Made by a program: the position numbers and the translations under genes | Notes under the pieces: model-generated | The model's database searches: none | What the model was told of the DNA's origin: nothing | What the model saw: the letters and a program-made list of their open reading frames with translations, nothing else | DNA from: Raillietiella orientalis | Lineage: Eukaryota | NCBI GenBank assembly: GCA_036172245.1 | Contig: JAYWIR010000144.1 | Coordinates: forward strand, 1 to 64,000 | Direction: 5' to 3' | DNA: 64,000 nt | In this document: positions 36,790-50,552 of the stretch, one piece after another | Layout of the letters: the number at the start of each line of letters is the position of its first letter | How positions within the stretch are numbered: the first letter of the stretch is position 1

Positions 36790-39700
36790 CGTTAGGAGAG
36801 GAGCAATCTCCTGACTGTCAAGAAGGTGACTCCGTTGCCGCCTTTTTAAGGCGTAGCGAAAGCAACGCCCCCAGAGAACGCAGCGAAAATCCCGAAGGTT
36901 TCCGCAACTAGTGTCGCGGAAGCCTCCGAAAATCGCGAAGGCGAATGGAAGGTTGTGGAGAGGAGGAAAGAAAAATCTCCATAAAAAGCTCCGCAACCTC
37001 CATCCCTGAGCTCTTTTAAAAGAAAAAGCAGTCGCGGGAATACGAAAACACACGCGGCTTGTGACTCTTCCAAGGAAAAAGCCAGCGCCTTCAACGCTTG
37101 CAAGTCCGCTTCTGTGACCGCCGAGAAGACCATTCCGGTGCAATCGGACGGATGCAAGCGCACGTCGATCGTGCGAGCATCAGACTCCGCAAAGGAGTCC
37201 GATAACGCAGCTGAACGACGCGTAACTCGCGCGGGAGCGAGCGCCCGCAGGGCTGAAGCCCTGAGGTGTGACACACTCGCCGCGGAACGGCGAGTGCTCA
37301 CCCCGGAACCCACAGGTTCTGCACCCGGGAAGGAGCACCCGATTACGTGCAGCACAGTTGAGGCCGGTGGCGACCGCGCCCTCCAGCCCGTCGTGCTGCT
37401 TACTGCCCGCTCGCCGGGTGAGGCGAGCACCACGGCCTCGCTTTCCTAGCCGTGATGAGGGCAATCGCGTCTTCTCGTCGTGTTGCCGTAACGTCTTGGA
37501 ACGTCAACGGGCTCCAACACGAGGAGAAGAGGCGACTAGTGGCTGACGAGCTGCGCGCCTTCGACTTGACGCTCCTGCAGGAGATTCACAGCATCTCCGG
37601 AGAGCAGGCTGCCGAAATCGAACGGCGCGCGGGCGGAACGCTACTTTATAGGTGCGGCGTTGCACGTACGTGCGGCGTCGCTTTCCTCGTGCGAGGAACT
37701 TTGGAGGGAGCGTTGCGCAGCGTTCGTTTCGACACGGAAGGCCGAGTGGGACAGCTTGTACTCAAGTGGTCCGACTCGATCGACCTTGTCGTAACCAACG
37801 TGTACGCGCCGAGCGGTGCTGGACAATGGGCCGAATGGATTGAGTTCTTCGGTACCCTTCAAAGCCAGTGGCTCACTCGATCTCACCCTACTGTGGCCCA
37901 TCTCATTGCGGGGGACTTTAACGTCCACCTGCTTTCCGACAATAGATCCCACAAAAGGGAAAAGTTGCTAGCGGAAGAGATGTGCGCGTCCGTGCACGCG
38001 TGCAACTTGTTCGCTAGCGACCGTGTCATGGCAGCAACGCCGGACCACGTATACTTTGATGGACACTTGCTCTGTCGAGTGGGTCGGAGAGGTCCCGTGC
38101 CGTCCATGCTTTCAGACCACAACAGGCTCGACTTCGAGTTGCTCCCGCCAGGCAAGGGGCCTTCAAACTGTTTTTGAAGGATGCCGGCAGACTGGCTAAG
38201 CCACCCGGAGGCGGCTGAGCATCTTCGCCAGTACCTCCTCGGCTTTGCCATAAGTGAGCTCGAGGACTGGGACGATCTGAAAAGATCGGTCCGCGAGTTC
38301 TGCTGCCGGTTTCCCTTGCACCAGCTTCCGCGCGGCTTCCGAGAGGGCGTAGCCAACAGCAGAGCTTTTCTGCAGGCCCGCTCGTCTTCCAGGCGCGCGG
38401 ACGTTGGTCGATTATCCGAGTACAAGACCAAGGCCGAGCGCCAGGTCTTGCAGTCAGGGGCGACAGTTCGGCTCGACGACCAGGACCGGGAATGCTCGGC
38501 TCCAGCCGACGTGCGACGGATAGTCAGGCGCAATACTCTTCTCTTTATACAGAGGCACCGACGGAACGCAGCTTCTCCCGGCTGCTTCTGCCGATTGACG
38601 CACCTGTTGCAGACGAGGAGGAACGCGCGCGTCTTGATGAGCCCTTCACGGCAGAGAAAATTTCCTCGGCCATCTCGGGGCTCAAGAGACGAAAAGCGCC
38701 AGGCGAAGATGGGCTCCCCGCGTAATTTTTTCAGTGTTTTGCGGCGGAGCTCATCCCCCTGGTGCTCCAACTCTCGTCGCTGATGCGAGACTCGGGCGAT
38801 GTCCCCGCCTCGTTTCGCTCAGCGAAGGTGCGTCTACTGCCGAAAGGCGGAGATTTGCGCCAACTGAACAACTGGCGTCCGATCACATTAGCGAATTCGG
38901 ACGTCAAGTTGTTCTCAAAACTTTAAGTGGCGCGGATGGGTAGGATCGCGGAATCCTTGGCAAGTCCGGAGCAGAAGCTCGCTGTTCTTGGGCGGTCCAT
39001 GGACGCGAATCTCTTGTTCATCTGCACATGGCTGCAATTGCAGCATTGTGTGGCGGTGGATCGTCGTGCGGAAGCAACGCCTTCGATCTTCCACCGACGA
39101 AGGCGCGAAACGCAAAGGGAGACACCGGGAGCCTTGGCGGTTGCAGTCGATCTGGACAAAGCTTTCGATTGCGTGAACCAAAAGCTTCTTCTTGAGCTTT
39201 TGAAATGTCTGGGTCTTCCGGCATCCCTGTTGGCGTACTTGCGCTTCTGCTGGCGCCACGCAATTCCATCCATAGTTTTCAGTGGCTGTCGCGTGTACGG
39301 CGTGTCGGTACGACAAGGAATTAGGCAGGGTGACAGCTTAAGCCCACTGCTCTTCAGCATCTATTTTGAATTGGTGCTGGAGGCTTACAGGCTGACGCTA
39401 GCCAACCTGACGAGCTCCTGTCCAGGTACGCCGGCCGTGGCAGCCTATGTCGACGACCTGCTTCTCCTGTTGCCCATGTTTACCCCGGAGGCATCGCTTG
39501 AAGACTTCTTTGAGTTGATTCGTCGCGGTGCGGGCGTGAGCGTTAACAGGAGTAAGTGTATGGTTGTTCCGGTGGGTGCGACGTGGGAGGGTCAGTCCGC
39601 CTGGATCGACCTGAGGATCCCCACGGGCAGGTACCTCAGGTACATTGGCGCTCCGTTGGGCGACTTCTGCATCTCAGAAGCGTGGTCGGACTGCCTTCGG

Positions 39701-39838
39701 AAGGCAGAGCGTGCACTTGGCCCGTTTTCAGGAGGCGAGTTTGTCTTGCCGGAACGGGCCTACATCTGGAACACCTTCGTTGCCCTCCTCCTCCGCCCCC
39801 TGTATTTTGTTTGTCCATCCCCCCAGGAAGTCAAAGTC
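36790..39838 (+). mobile_element. ORF1 C-terminus, endonuclease and RT; truncated at both ends
   Basis: SWNVNG, LLQEIH, AGDFN (ORF 37452..38177); DLDKAFDC, GIRQGD, YVDD (ORF 38927..39841). Confidence 0.88.
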
Positions 39839-39899
39839 TGAGCGCAGCGCCTTCTACGCAAAGCGTGGTGGGGCGCTGCGCTCAGACTGTGGGAGTGTC

Positions 39900-41525
39900 C
39901 TCCGTGGGAGTCTCTCGGGCGACGGGTCCCGAGAGTTTCCCACGCTCATGGCACCCTCGCTTGCGGAAGCCATCTCTTCCCCTTCGACGGGGGAGACGAG
40001 CTTTCTTGGCTTTGTGGACTTACGTCCAGCTTTCTTGCGCGGGACCGTGGAAACGGAGGCTGCGCTTCCGGCCTCCACCTCGGGGTCGGAAGTGGGGGAC
40101 TCCTGAGGGGAGGCCGGACGCCTCACGGCCATCTTGTTAGCCTTGGAGGGTTCCGGCTGCAACGAGGCTGCCAGCTCCTCCGCGGCTCGCGCGAAGGCTA
40201 CGTCATCGATGGTGGTGTCGATGATGGACGCCGCCGCCGGCTCGCTCCCCTCGCTGTTGACAGAGTCAACAGAGGGGTTGTCGTCGGTAGCGGCGAGTTC
40301 TTTTTCGTAGCGGTCGGGCATACGCTCGACGACAACGCTGCATTCTTTAATTTGCTCGCTTGCCTGCTGTTTTTTCTGGCGGTAGGCGAGCTTTTTCTCC
40401 ATCCTAATCTCGTTCTTTGATTTTTTGGCCGTAGCCACCTGCCACTCAGGCTCCTGGCTTGTTGCCTCGACTTGTTCGGCGTTGTTCGCCGGGGGCTTGG
40501 GTGCGGCCTTGGCCTTTGGCGCAAGTGGCACAGCCTTCGAGGCAGCTTTCGACGCAAGCCTTTTCTGCAGATGCCGGGCACGTTTTTTAAGGTTTCTCTT
40601 GGAAGCCGCCCGCACTGTTGCTTTAGGGCATACCTCCCTCGTGTGTCCCATGGTTCCCCATACTTGACACTGCACATTGGGATACCTCTTTTTGAGGTGG
40701 CCCGACGTATTGCAGAAGCCACAGTATTTCGGCTTCCCCACATTCCAGAGGTCGACGGTTTCGCCTTCGAACACCAGTTTGTGGGGAAGAGTGCAGCCCT
40801 CCCGAACGGTCACGCGCGCAGCAGTGAGGCCGTGTTTAAGCCCCGTGTAGTCCTCGAAAGGACTAACTTTTGTCCACTGCGCGTGGATCGTTCCGTATTC
40901 CTCCAAAGCGGCGCGAACCTGTTCCTTGCGCATCCGCGCGGCAACACCTAACAGGTGGACCACCATGCTGCGGTCCGCCGTAATAGGGAGGAGTCTGCGC
41001 GTCCTCATCACCACGGGGGTTTTAAGCAGTCGTTGGCCAAGCTCTGCTTGTTTGCAGATGACCTCAACGTACTGACCCCCGCTGCGGATGGTCATAGCGC
41101 TGAGCTCCTCCTCTTTCACATCGAGAGCGCGCATGCCCTTTGAGAAGGCGCGCGCGCTCCATAAAGAATATAAATTGCCTACCTTGTAGAACAATAAGGG
41201 GTTGTGCCCCTCCTCTACATAGGCCGACAATTTCGCCGCGGCTGCAGGCGATGGCGCCGACAGAACGGCGCTTTACGCCCGCGCTGGAGCGGGGACCGAT
41301 TCTGTGGGGGCGGATGCCTTCACCTCCATCGCCTCTGGGGGTGACGTTGCCGCCGCCCGCTGGCTCTCCATCGCCTCTGGAGGAGGCGTTTCCGCTGCTT
41401 CCTGGCCATCCCTGGTGGTCGCGTTAGGCATTGCTGCCTGATCGACCACCGAACCACACGACGTTTCCACTGGGGGAGACTTCCTTGCACGAGGAGCACC
41501 GAGAAAACACGTCCACCATAAAGCA
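39900..41525 (-). mobile_element. 5' end and ORF1, 3'-truncated; same subfamily as 14860-16629
   Basis: ORF 39854..41230 with CGFCNTSGHLKKR; closely matches the 14874-16115 translations. Confidence 0.9.
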
Positions 41526-43529
41526 GGCAAAGCGTTCGATTTTCACCCGGATTTCTTCGGATCGTTTACAAAAAAATAAACTTTATAAAGTAATTATTAA
41601 TGGCTGTGGCAATGCTCCAGCCAGAAGCTAAGAACCACGGATCCAGCCAATTCACCGGTTTGTAGACCGGTATGGTCCACCAAGGCAGTAGGAAAAAGTG
41701 AAAAAACAAAAAAACTAAACAAAAAGAAACTCAGGGTGGGAGGGAACAAGAAGGGAGCACTGATGCTGCTGAGGCCGCATCATCCCTCTCAGGATGCTGA
41801 CAAGCTCTTGTTTGTTATGAACATCCAGGTGGAGCCATCGCGACGCCCTTCTCAGGAATTTCAAGGCGCACTAAATGGCGTCCATATTGCTAGGTCCTCC
41901 CGTCGCCGTGCTCCAGGCGGCGACGATCCCACGAAAGCAGCACAAGTCTGCTATGGAGGACGCTGGCCGCAGGGCGTCGGCAACGAAGAAGGGTTTTAGA
42001 GCGTCCCTGGGATTGCCGCAAAAAATAACGATGGCCGCGGCATAGCGGAACCAAAGGGGCCGAAGGGCAACACAATCCACTAGGAGGTGGGGGAAGGACT
42101 CCCGTTCCACGCTCCTTACACAATTGGGATCCACCGCTCTCCAGGTCCAGTGGTGTCGACGGGCGTTGCAGGGGAGTCCCCAGTGCTGCAACAGGAATGC
42201 CGACTCTTGCCATTTTAGGGGGAGGAGGGAAGTGTTCATAAGAACCAGGGGCCACTTCAGATATTGTATCGGAACATCGAGCAGCGCTCTGCAGCGATGA
42301 AGTCCCTTGGAAGGCGTACTCGGGGTCGCAGCATCAGTTAGCTGGCCCGTCTTCCACTCTCTCTGCTTTTTCTCCATCCCGGAGATTTTTATTGTAACCT
42401 CCCACTTCGCCACAACATCGGTACCAAGGGGTGCTCCACATCTTCGCTGCGATGGCGAGGGTTCGCCACCGCAGCTGGAATTCCACGCGCTCCAGCGTCA
42501 GGAGTCCAAGGCCGCCGTCCCGACGCGGAGTGCACAAGTTATTCAGAATGACTCGAGGCCTCCCTTTGCCCCAAAGGGCGATACGGAGGAGGTTCTTCGT
42601 ATGCTTTTTGATCCTCTCTGTGGGGGGGCAAACAAAAAGCAGGCAACGGAGGAGAGGAGCCGCGAACATGTGCCAAACCGCGGCCCGTTCAGGCAGGAAA
42701 AACCTGCCGCCTCGAAACGGGCCGATAGCCGTCTCTACTTTTTGAAGGCATCCGGATCACGCTTCCGCAGGGTAGTGGTCTTCCAACGGCACACCAAGGA
42801 ACTTGAAGTACCTCACCGTGGGGATCCCCAAACGGACCCAGTCCTGCTGCCCTGCCCACGCCGCACCAACTGCCATCAAGGACGACTTCGCCCTGTTCAC
42901 CGTAAGCCCAAATCCTCGATTCTGCACGTCGAAGAACTTCTTGACCGCCGAAGCCGGGGTGGATAGAGGGAGCAGTAGCAGGAGGTCGTCCGCATATGAT
43001 GAAACCGCAGGCGTTTAGGCGCATTCAGGTGGCAGGTGCGCCACAGTTTCCCTGTACGCTCACAGTACCAACTCAAAGTAAGTACTGAAGAGCAAGGGGC
43101 TCAGGCTGTCTCCTTACCGGATGCCACGTCGCACCGGCACGCCGTGAACAATATTCCCGCTGAAAGTTACATTGATTTGCGAATCGCGTCAGCTAGAGCG
43201 CAGATAGGCCAATAATGAGGCCGGGAATCCCAAGCGTTGCAGAAGCTTCAGGAGATTCTGGTCGACGCAATCGAATGCTCTTCGCAAGTCGACAGCGATT
43301 GCAAGTGCTCCCTCCCCCATTTGAACATCCGTCGCATGACTGACGGACTCACCGGAATTCCCGGTGCGCATCCAGCCTCTTTCGTGTTGGAGGTCTAGCC
43401 AGGTGGAAGCGTGGAACTGGTTCGCCTCCATGCTTCGCCCCGGAACAGCATACGTCTGTTCCGGGCTGATGAAGGCGTTTGCAACCCGTCCCAAACGCTC
43501 AGCTCAAACCTTGGTTATCAACTTGGCGT

Positions 43530-46500
43530 GCGGACGTGTTTTTTCCGCGCTCCTCTGCGCCTGTTGTAAAGCGTTCTTTTTCGGTAGTGTTTGTGTGTGG
43601 AGCATCTGCGGTGTGCAATGGCAGAAATGCCTGAGGACACTGCGATGGAAGTCGGCGGGGGAGAAAATTGCTACTCTCCCCAACCTTTTGAGGTGGGGGC
43701 AACCGCCCCCACGGAGAAGAGAGCAACCGCTCCCTTGAAAAAGGGGGCAACCGTTTCTCAGGAAACGAGGGCTACTGCCACCTTGAAAAAGGGAGCGGGT
43801 GGAGCTGACGTGCAAAAATGCAAATCTGGCTCAACGCCTGCTGAACACTCCCATCGCTCTGGAAGGCCGAAAGGTCTTCCCTGTAACGGAGGACCGCTTT
43901 ATTGTTGCCCACCTTACGGGTGTAACTCTTCGCATGACCAAAGCTGGCGTGCAGGAAGAGTTACAAAAACATGCTACGGTGCTTGCGCTCTGGGCCAAGC
44001 CCAACGTCTTCCAAACATACGAAAGACTGTTCAGTGGCATGGCTGCAGCGCGTTTGACGGTCCACGAAAACGGTGGGCTGCCCCACAAACTCGACGTCGG
44101 CAACGAGGTCGTCGCCGTCTAGTACGTGGAAAAGCCCAAGTACTGTGGGCACTGTGATGCAACAGGGCACCTGAAAAAACGGTGCCCCCACATCCAGTGC
44201 TTCCACTGCGGCGAAAAGGGCCACCTACGAAAGGTGTGTCCTAAACGCGAAACCCCGGCTCCCCCTGCTTTGAAAAAAGCCAAAGGGAAACGCGCGGGGC
44301 GATCGGACAAGCCTAAGGAGGCACCCGAGAGGCGGAACCCACAGCCAGAGCCCGAACCCGTGCAGCAAGCGTCGGTCGAGGGTACTCCGGACGACGCTGG
44401 AGAGAGCGAGGGCTGGCATAAGGCGAAGCCTAAAAGTAAAAAATTAAAGAAAACCGAAGAACCGACAGCGGAACCTGCGACATCTTCTTTAAATTGGAGA
44501 CAACGCCGCGCGTTGCTCCGCGAATGTTCGGTCGCTTTGGAGCGAGTGGAGATCCATGAGACCTCCACCGGGGGAGATATCTCCCGCCTCGTTGGCGCCG
44601 AAGCCGCGATCGAAAAAGGCGAACCCTCTGTGCAAACAGAGGGGGAGCCGAGCGACGCGCTCGCCGCAATCGAGGACGCCGCTTTCCAGCAGGCGGCGGA
44701 AGAGCTCGCGGCCGAACTCGCGGGGTGTGAGAACTGCGCGCGAAAGGCCTTGCGAAGGCCGGGCGCCAGCAAGGCACCTCGGACAGGTGACCACGAACCG
44801 GATGCCGGAAGTGCGTCCTCGTCCGCGGAGGCGCCTCCGAAGAAGACTGGACGGAAGTCCAAGAATCCCAAGAGGCGCATCCCGACAAAGAAGGAGGGGG
44901 ACGCACCGGCATCCGAGGGGGAAGCCGGCAGCGTGGGAACGGAGGGAGGGATTTTCCCACCCTCCGCTACCGAGCAACTGGAGACCCCCATGGAGGAGGG
45001 GGATAAGGTGAGTGATTGCCGCCCTTTCCCATTGGTGGAACCTGTCCAGGAGATAGCCATGGAGGAGGGGGAGCAGACAGCTGACAACCGCTCCCCCCTG
45101 CCGTCCAACGCAGCCGACGAATCGGCCCCCATGGAAGAGCGGGAGCAGGTGCGTGAAACCCGCCCCCTTCAACCGTTGCGGTCCGCCGAGGAATCGGCCC
45201 CCATGGAGGAGAGAGAACCGGTGCGCGGTGATCCCGTTTTTCCATCCGTCACGCCCGAGCAGGTGGCGGGAGCCATATTGCCACTTTCCCAAGAGTAACA
45301 CCTGGGCTCGCCTGTCGCCGTCGATTACGCGTGGCCTGCTCGAACGTGAACGGGCTGCGCGACGACGGCAACAGAGAGGACACGGCCGCCACCCTGCGTG
45401 ACTTCGACCTGGCACTCCTGCAGGACATCCACGTGATCACCGCAGAGAACGCCCAGGAGATCGAAAGGATCGCAGGGGGACGGTTGATGTGGCAATGCGG
45501 CACCCGATACACCTGCGGCGTCGCGTTTTTTCTGAAGCCGGCAGTCGACGCAGCCGTGAAGAGCGTGCGCTTCGACGAAGCCGGTCGTGTCGGCCAGCTG
45601 ATTCTCAAATGGTCCGACACGATCGACCTCGTCGTAACAAATGTGTACGCTCCGAGCGGTCCTACCAGGTACCAAGATCGTAAGGCGTTCCTGGAAACCC
45701 TGAAGCGCGACTGGCTGGCGGAAGCGAACGTGCGCGTGGCTCACCTGATAGCGGGAGACTTTAATCTCCGCCTGCTATCAGGTGAGCCACACGCACAGGA
45801 GCGGACGGCTAACGAGTTGTGCGCCGCCATGCGCACGCGCAACTTGTTAGGGGATCTTTCGGAAATGGTCAGCAGCATCGACCACGTCTTCCTGGATGTC
45901 GACCTGTGTTCACGGGTAGGCAAACGGGGGAAAGTTGCGTCGGAGCTGTCTGACCATTTCCGGTTGATATTCGAGGTGTGCCCGCGCGACAAGGGCCCCC
46001 CATCCAGGGCGTGGCGTCTGCCTGGGGAATGGACGCGACTCTTAGGTGCGAAGGAACACCTTCGGGAATTCCTGAGAGGCGTCACCATCCGCAATCTCAA
46101 TGATTGGGACCTTTTTAAGGCCTCGGTCCGCGAGTTTTGCGAGGAGTTCCCCTTGCACCTCCTGCCCCAGGGATTTGGTAAGGGCATCCGTAACGAACGA
46201 GCGTACTTGTATGCCCGTCGTTACTCGAGGACCCCCAATGTCCGTCGCCTGGCAGAGTACCGAGCCGGGGCCGAACGTCAAGCCTGGCAATCCGGATCGG
46301 CCAGCTTGCTGGACGACCAGGGCCGTAAGCACTCGGCTCCGGCTAGAATACGGCACCTCGTGCGGCGTTTATATTCCTCCCTTCACGCCAGGGCGCCCCC
46401 GGACCAAGATGCCTCTTGGCGCTTGCTTCCGAACGGTGCCCCGGCAATAGGGGAGGAGGAGAAGGAAAGCCTCGACGAGCCTTTTACCACCGGCGAAATT

Positions 46501-49093
46501 CTCGCCGGTATCAAAAGGCTCAAGAGGCGGAAAGCGCCAGGGGAGTACGGCCTGCCTGCGGAGTTATTTTAATGCTTCGCGGCAGAGTTGGCACCCCTGG
46601 TGCTTGAGTTGACAAGGCTGATCCGAGATGAAGGCGATGTACCCGCCTCGTTTCGGTCAGCCAGAGTGAGGCTCCTTCCGAAAGGAGGAGACCTCAGGAA
46701 ACTCAGCAGCTGGCGTCCGATCACAATTGTGAACACGTACGCCAAGCTGATCGCCGGACTGTGGGCTTCGCGTCTGGGTCAGGTGGCCAATTCCATAATT
46801 AGCCCGGAGCAGAATTACGCTGTTCCCGGGCAAAGTATGGAGGCCAGCCTCTTGTTCGCGAGCACATGGTTTCATGTGCAGAGTAGTAAAGAAAAGGAAG
46901 AGAGAAGGATTGGCAGCCCCGCTTTGGGGGCGTCAGCCGGGCAGGGACAGGACTCCCAGGTGGGGAAGGGAGCCCTAGCGATCGCAGCCGATCTGCATAA
47001 AGCGTTTGACTGCGTGGACAAGGATCTCCTGCTGGAGCTCCTGGGACGCATGGGCTTCCCTCCCTCCCTACTGACCCAGCTGCGCTCTTGCTGGCGCAGC
47101 GCGCTGATTAATATCTCTTTCAGAGGTCAAATGGCGTACGGCGTGCCGGTACGGCGGAACATACGGCAGGGCGACAGCCTCAGTCCCCTGCTCTTTAGCA
47201 CCTACTTTGAGTTGGTGCTGAGAGCGTACAGGGTGACTTTGGCCCCCTTGCCGAGCTCGTGTCCCGGCACGCCCGCCGTTGCAGCGCACGCCGACGATCT
47301 TTTGCTTCTGTTGCCGATGTCCACCCCGGCGAAGGCGGTCGGGGATTTCTTCGATCTGCTTAGCCGCGGGACCGGACTGCAGGTCAACAGGGCGAAGTCG
47401 ACGGTGGTTCCAGTCGGTGCGGCGTGGGCTGGGCAGATGGACTAAGTCCGCTTGGAGATCCCCACGGCGAGGTGCTGGAAGTACCTTGGTGTGCCGTTGA
47501 AGGACTACCCTCCTGCGGAAGCGTGGTCCGGCTGCCTCCAAAAAGTGGAAACGGCGATCGGCCCGTTCCTGGAAGACAAGTTTCTCCTTCCGGAACGGGC
47601 CTAGATATGGAACGCGTTCGCGGCTCCTATCCCCTGCCCCCTGCTTTTTGTTTGCCCCGTCCCCAGAGTGTTGAAAATACGGACGAAGGACCACCTGAGA
47701 ATTGCTCTTTGGGGAAGAGGGAGGCCCCGAGTCCCGTTGAAGGACTTGTGTGCTCCACGTCGGGATGGCGGTCTGGGCCTCTTGACGATGGAGCGTTTAG
47801 AGATTCAGCTGCGGTGGCGAACCTTCGCCATCGCAGCGAAGTTATGGAGCACTTCTTGGTGCGTTCCAGCCCGACTCCTTGCCAGCCGTGTATCCTGGAC
47901 GGAGGGTCTCGCGTCCTATCTTCTCTGCCGTGGCAAGAAGATCAAGAGATGCGGACTTCTCCTGGGACGCATGGCAACTCTGGCTAAGGAAAACGGCTGG
48001 ATAGTATGAAGCCCCGCCAACTCCTCCGCATGTCTGGAGGAGACAGCTGGCACGTGGGCGAAGATAAAGCAGCAGAACGGAGAGATGTGGAACTGCGTGC
48101 GACGCGGCGCCTATTCCCTCTGCACTCTGCGGAAGATACTCCAGTGTCCCGCGAGAAGCACGTGGGCAGAGACAACCCCCCTAGCTACGGCAATGCCCTT
48201 CCTGAGGAGGGCGCTCTCGAGTAGCCGCAAGCCTAGGTGGCAAGTCTCCTGTCGCATCGCAGGCTAGGAGAAGTTGATCAGCGGCTGGTCCACGGGTAAA
48301 CTGGCGGACGCCAGTACCCCTAGTGTCCAGCCGAGAGGACTGCAGAGATGGGGCGAGCTACTCGGCATCCAGCCGGATGACCTGAAGTGGCCCTCGGTAT
48401 TAATTGGATCTAGGATCCTCCCCCTGAAGTGGCAGGAGTCGGCGCTTCTGTTGTTGCATTGGGGTCTACCCTGCAACGCACGCCGTTACCACTGGACCAG
48501 GGATCGAGTAGATCCTACCTGCATCAGGTGTGGGGAACGGGAAACTCTCCCCCACCTCCTTGTTGATTGTGCTGCACTCCGACCCCTGTGGGAACGTCTT
48601 CGTGCCTCCCTACGGATCCAGGAGGGCAGCCAGCCCAGAGACGTTTTTCGGTTTCTGTTCCTGCATGATGCATTGCGTCCAGGCGCTTTTCTGGCTGCAC
48701 TTTGCTGCGTACGCGGGATTGTGACGTGCTGGAGCAACGTCGGAAGACCGAGTCACGACAGGGATGCCGTCGTACTTGCAGTCTGCTACCTGCGGTTGGT
48801 GACCAGATGGCCCCACGTGGGAATTATACGGACGGACCTCGAGGGCATCCTGCGAAGGATGGACCCTTTTCCCAGTGGTCAGTGATCCTTCCCCAACCCT
48901 CCCAAATCTTTTTGTTTTTATGTTTTATTTTTCTTTTTGTTTTTCCCCCCACCCCTTTCCGCTGCCGAGGAGAGTCGCGCCGGTCTGCGTACCGGCGACC
49001 CGGCAGGTCCAGTTGAGTTGGCCGTAGTGGGGCCTCGTACCACGAATCAAAGAGAATTTTTAATAAACGCCCCGGCGTGACCGGGTGGCAACA
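43530..49093 (+). mobile_element. Near full-length two-ORF element with a 13-bp target-site duplication
   Basis: Starts GCGGACGTGTTT; ORF1 with CGHCDATGHLKKRC and CFHCGEKGHLRKVC; ORF2 45331-48885 (AGDFN, DLHKAFD, HADD, CIRCGERETLPH); terminal hairpin 49069-49089; flanks ATCAACTTGGCGT (43517-43529) and ATCAACTTGGCAT (49094-49106). Confidence 0.92.
44985..45225 (+). repeat. Coding tandem repeat, ~72-bp period, four PMEE-type units in the ORF1 C-terminus
   Basis: TPMEEGDK / IAMEEGEQ / APMEEREQ / APMEEREP spaced 24 aa apart. Confidence 0.75.
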
Positions 49094-50552
49094 ATCAACT
49101 TGGCATCCGCATTCACTATTGTGATGGGACGCCAGTTGTTCATGCTCCTCAGATCTCCTCCCTTAGGGAGAAGCTGCACCTTTGCCGAACGAAACGAGGC
49201 GGGAACGTCACCTGTCTCGCGTATCAGCAAGGTGAGTTGATGTACCAGGGGGGTTAGCTCAGCCGCGAAAGTTTGATAAAACTCCGCGGACAGGCCGTCC
49301 TCCCCTGTAGCCTTTCGCCTCTTGAGCTTTCCGATGGCCGAGATGATCTCGCCCATCGTGAAGGACTCGTCGAGGGACTTTTTCTCTTCTTCCCCGATCG
49401 CAAGAGCGCCTTCCGGAAGCAGGATCCGTGAGAAATCCCGCTCGGGAGGCGTTCTTGCGTACAGGGAGGAGTAAAAACGCCGCAGCAGACCGCGGATCTG
49501 AGCGGTTGCCGAATGCTCCTGGCCCTGATCTTCCAGCAAGCTGGCCGATCCTGACTGCCAGGCTTGCCTCTCGGCTCCCGCTTTGTAATCCGTTATCCTG
49601 CGGATGTCGGGGGTCCTGGCGGAACGGCGAGCCTGCAGATAGGCTCGTTCGTTACGTACCCCGTTTCGAAATCCCGCAGGTAGTCGGTGCAGAGGGAACT
49701 GGTCGCAGAACTCCTGGACCGAACGTTTACAGCGGTCTCAATCCTGAAGTGTCTGCATCCTAAAGCTCCGTATAAACGTGCGGAGATGTTCCGTCGCGTC
49801 CGGGAGCTTCTTTCAGTCCCTTGGCAAAGGCCACGCTGACGAGGGGGGGCCCCTCTCGCGCGGATGGATTTCAAACACGATTGGTCGATGGTCGGACAAC
49901 TCGCACGGCAACTTGCAGCGCCTGCCCACACGAGTGCACAGGTGTTCGTCAAGGAACACGTGATCGATGTTGTCCTCCATCCCTGGTACACTGGCCAACA
50001 AATTACAAGTGTGCACCGCCGCGCACACCTCGTTGACCAGGTCACGCTCGTGATTCGTCCCATGCGGTTTCAGACGAACGTTAAAATCGACTGCCACCAG
50101 ATGGGCATTCCGCACGCCTGCCTCGGTCAACCAGTCGCGATGGAGGGCAAGGAAAAATTCTTTCGTGGCCCTCCTGTTCGTCAGGTCCGCTCCGCTCGGG
50201 GCGTAAACGTTCGTAACGATCAGGTCGATGGAGACGGACCAGCTGAGAGTCAGCTAGCCGACACGACCGTGATCGTCGAATCGAACTCCACGGGCGGCGG
50301 CCTTGATGGCGGGCCGAAGCAGGTAGGAGACACCACAACTTCTCGATGTTCCACACCGATACCACAGCCGCCCTCCGTAGATGCGTTCGATCGACTGCGC
50401 TTGTTCTGCAGAGATCACATGGATCTCCTGCAGCAGCACAAGGTCGAACGATCCTAGAATGGCGGCCATGTCTCGTCTCCTGCCGGCGTCTGTCATGCCG
50501 TTCACGTTACAAACGGCGATGCGCAGACGACAGCGGGAGGAGATTCCCGGCA

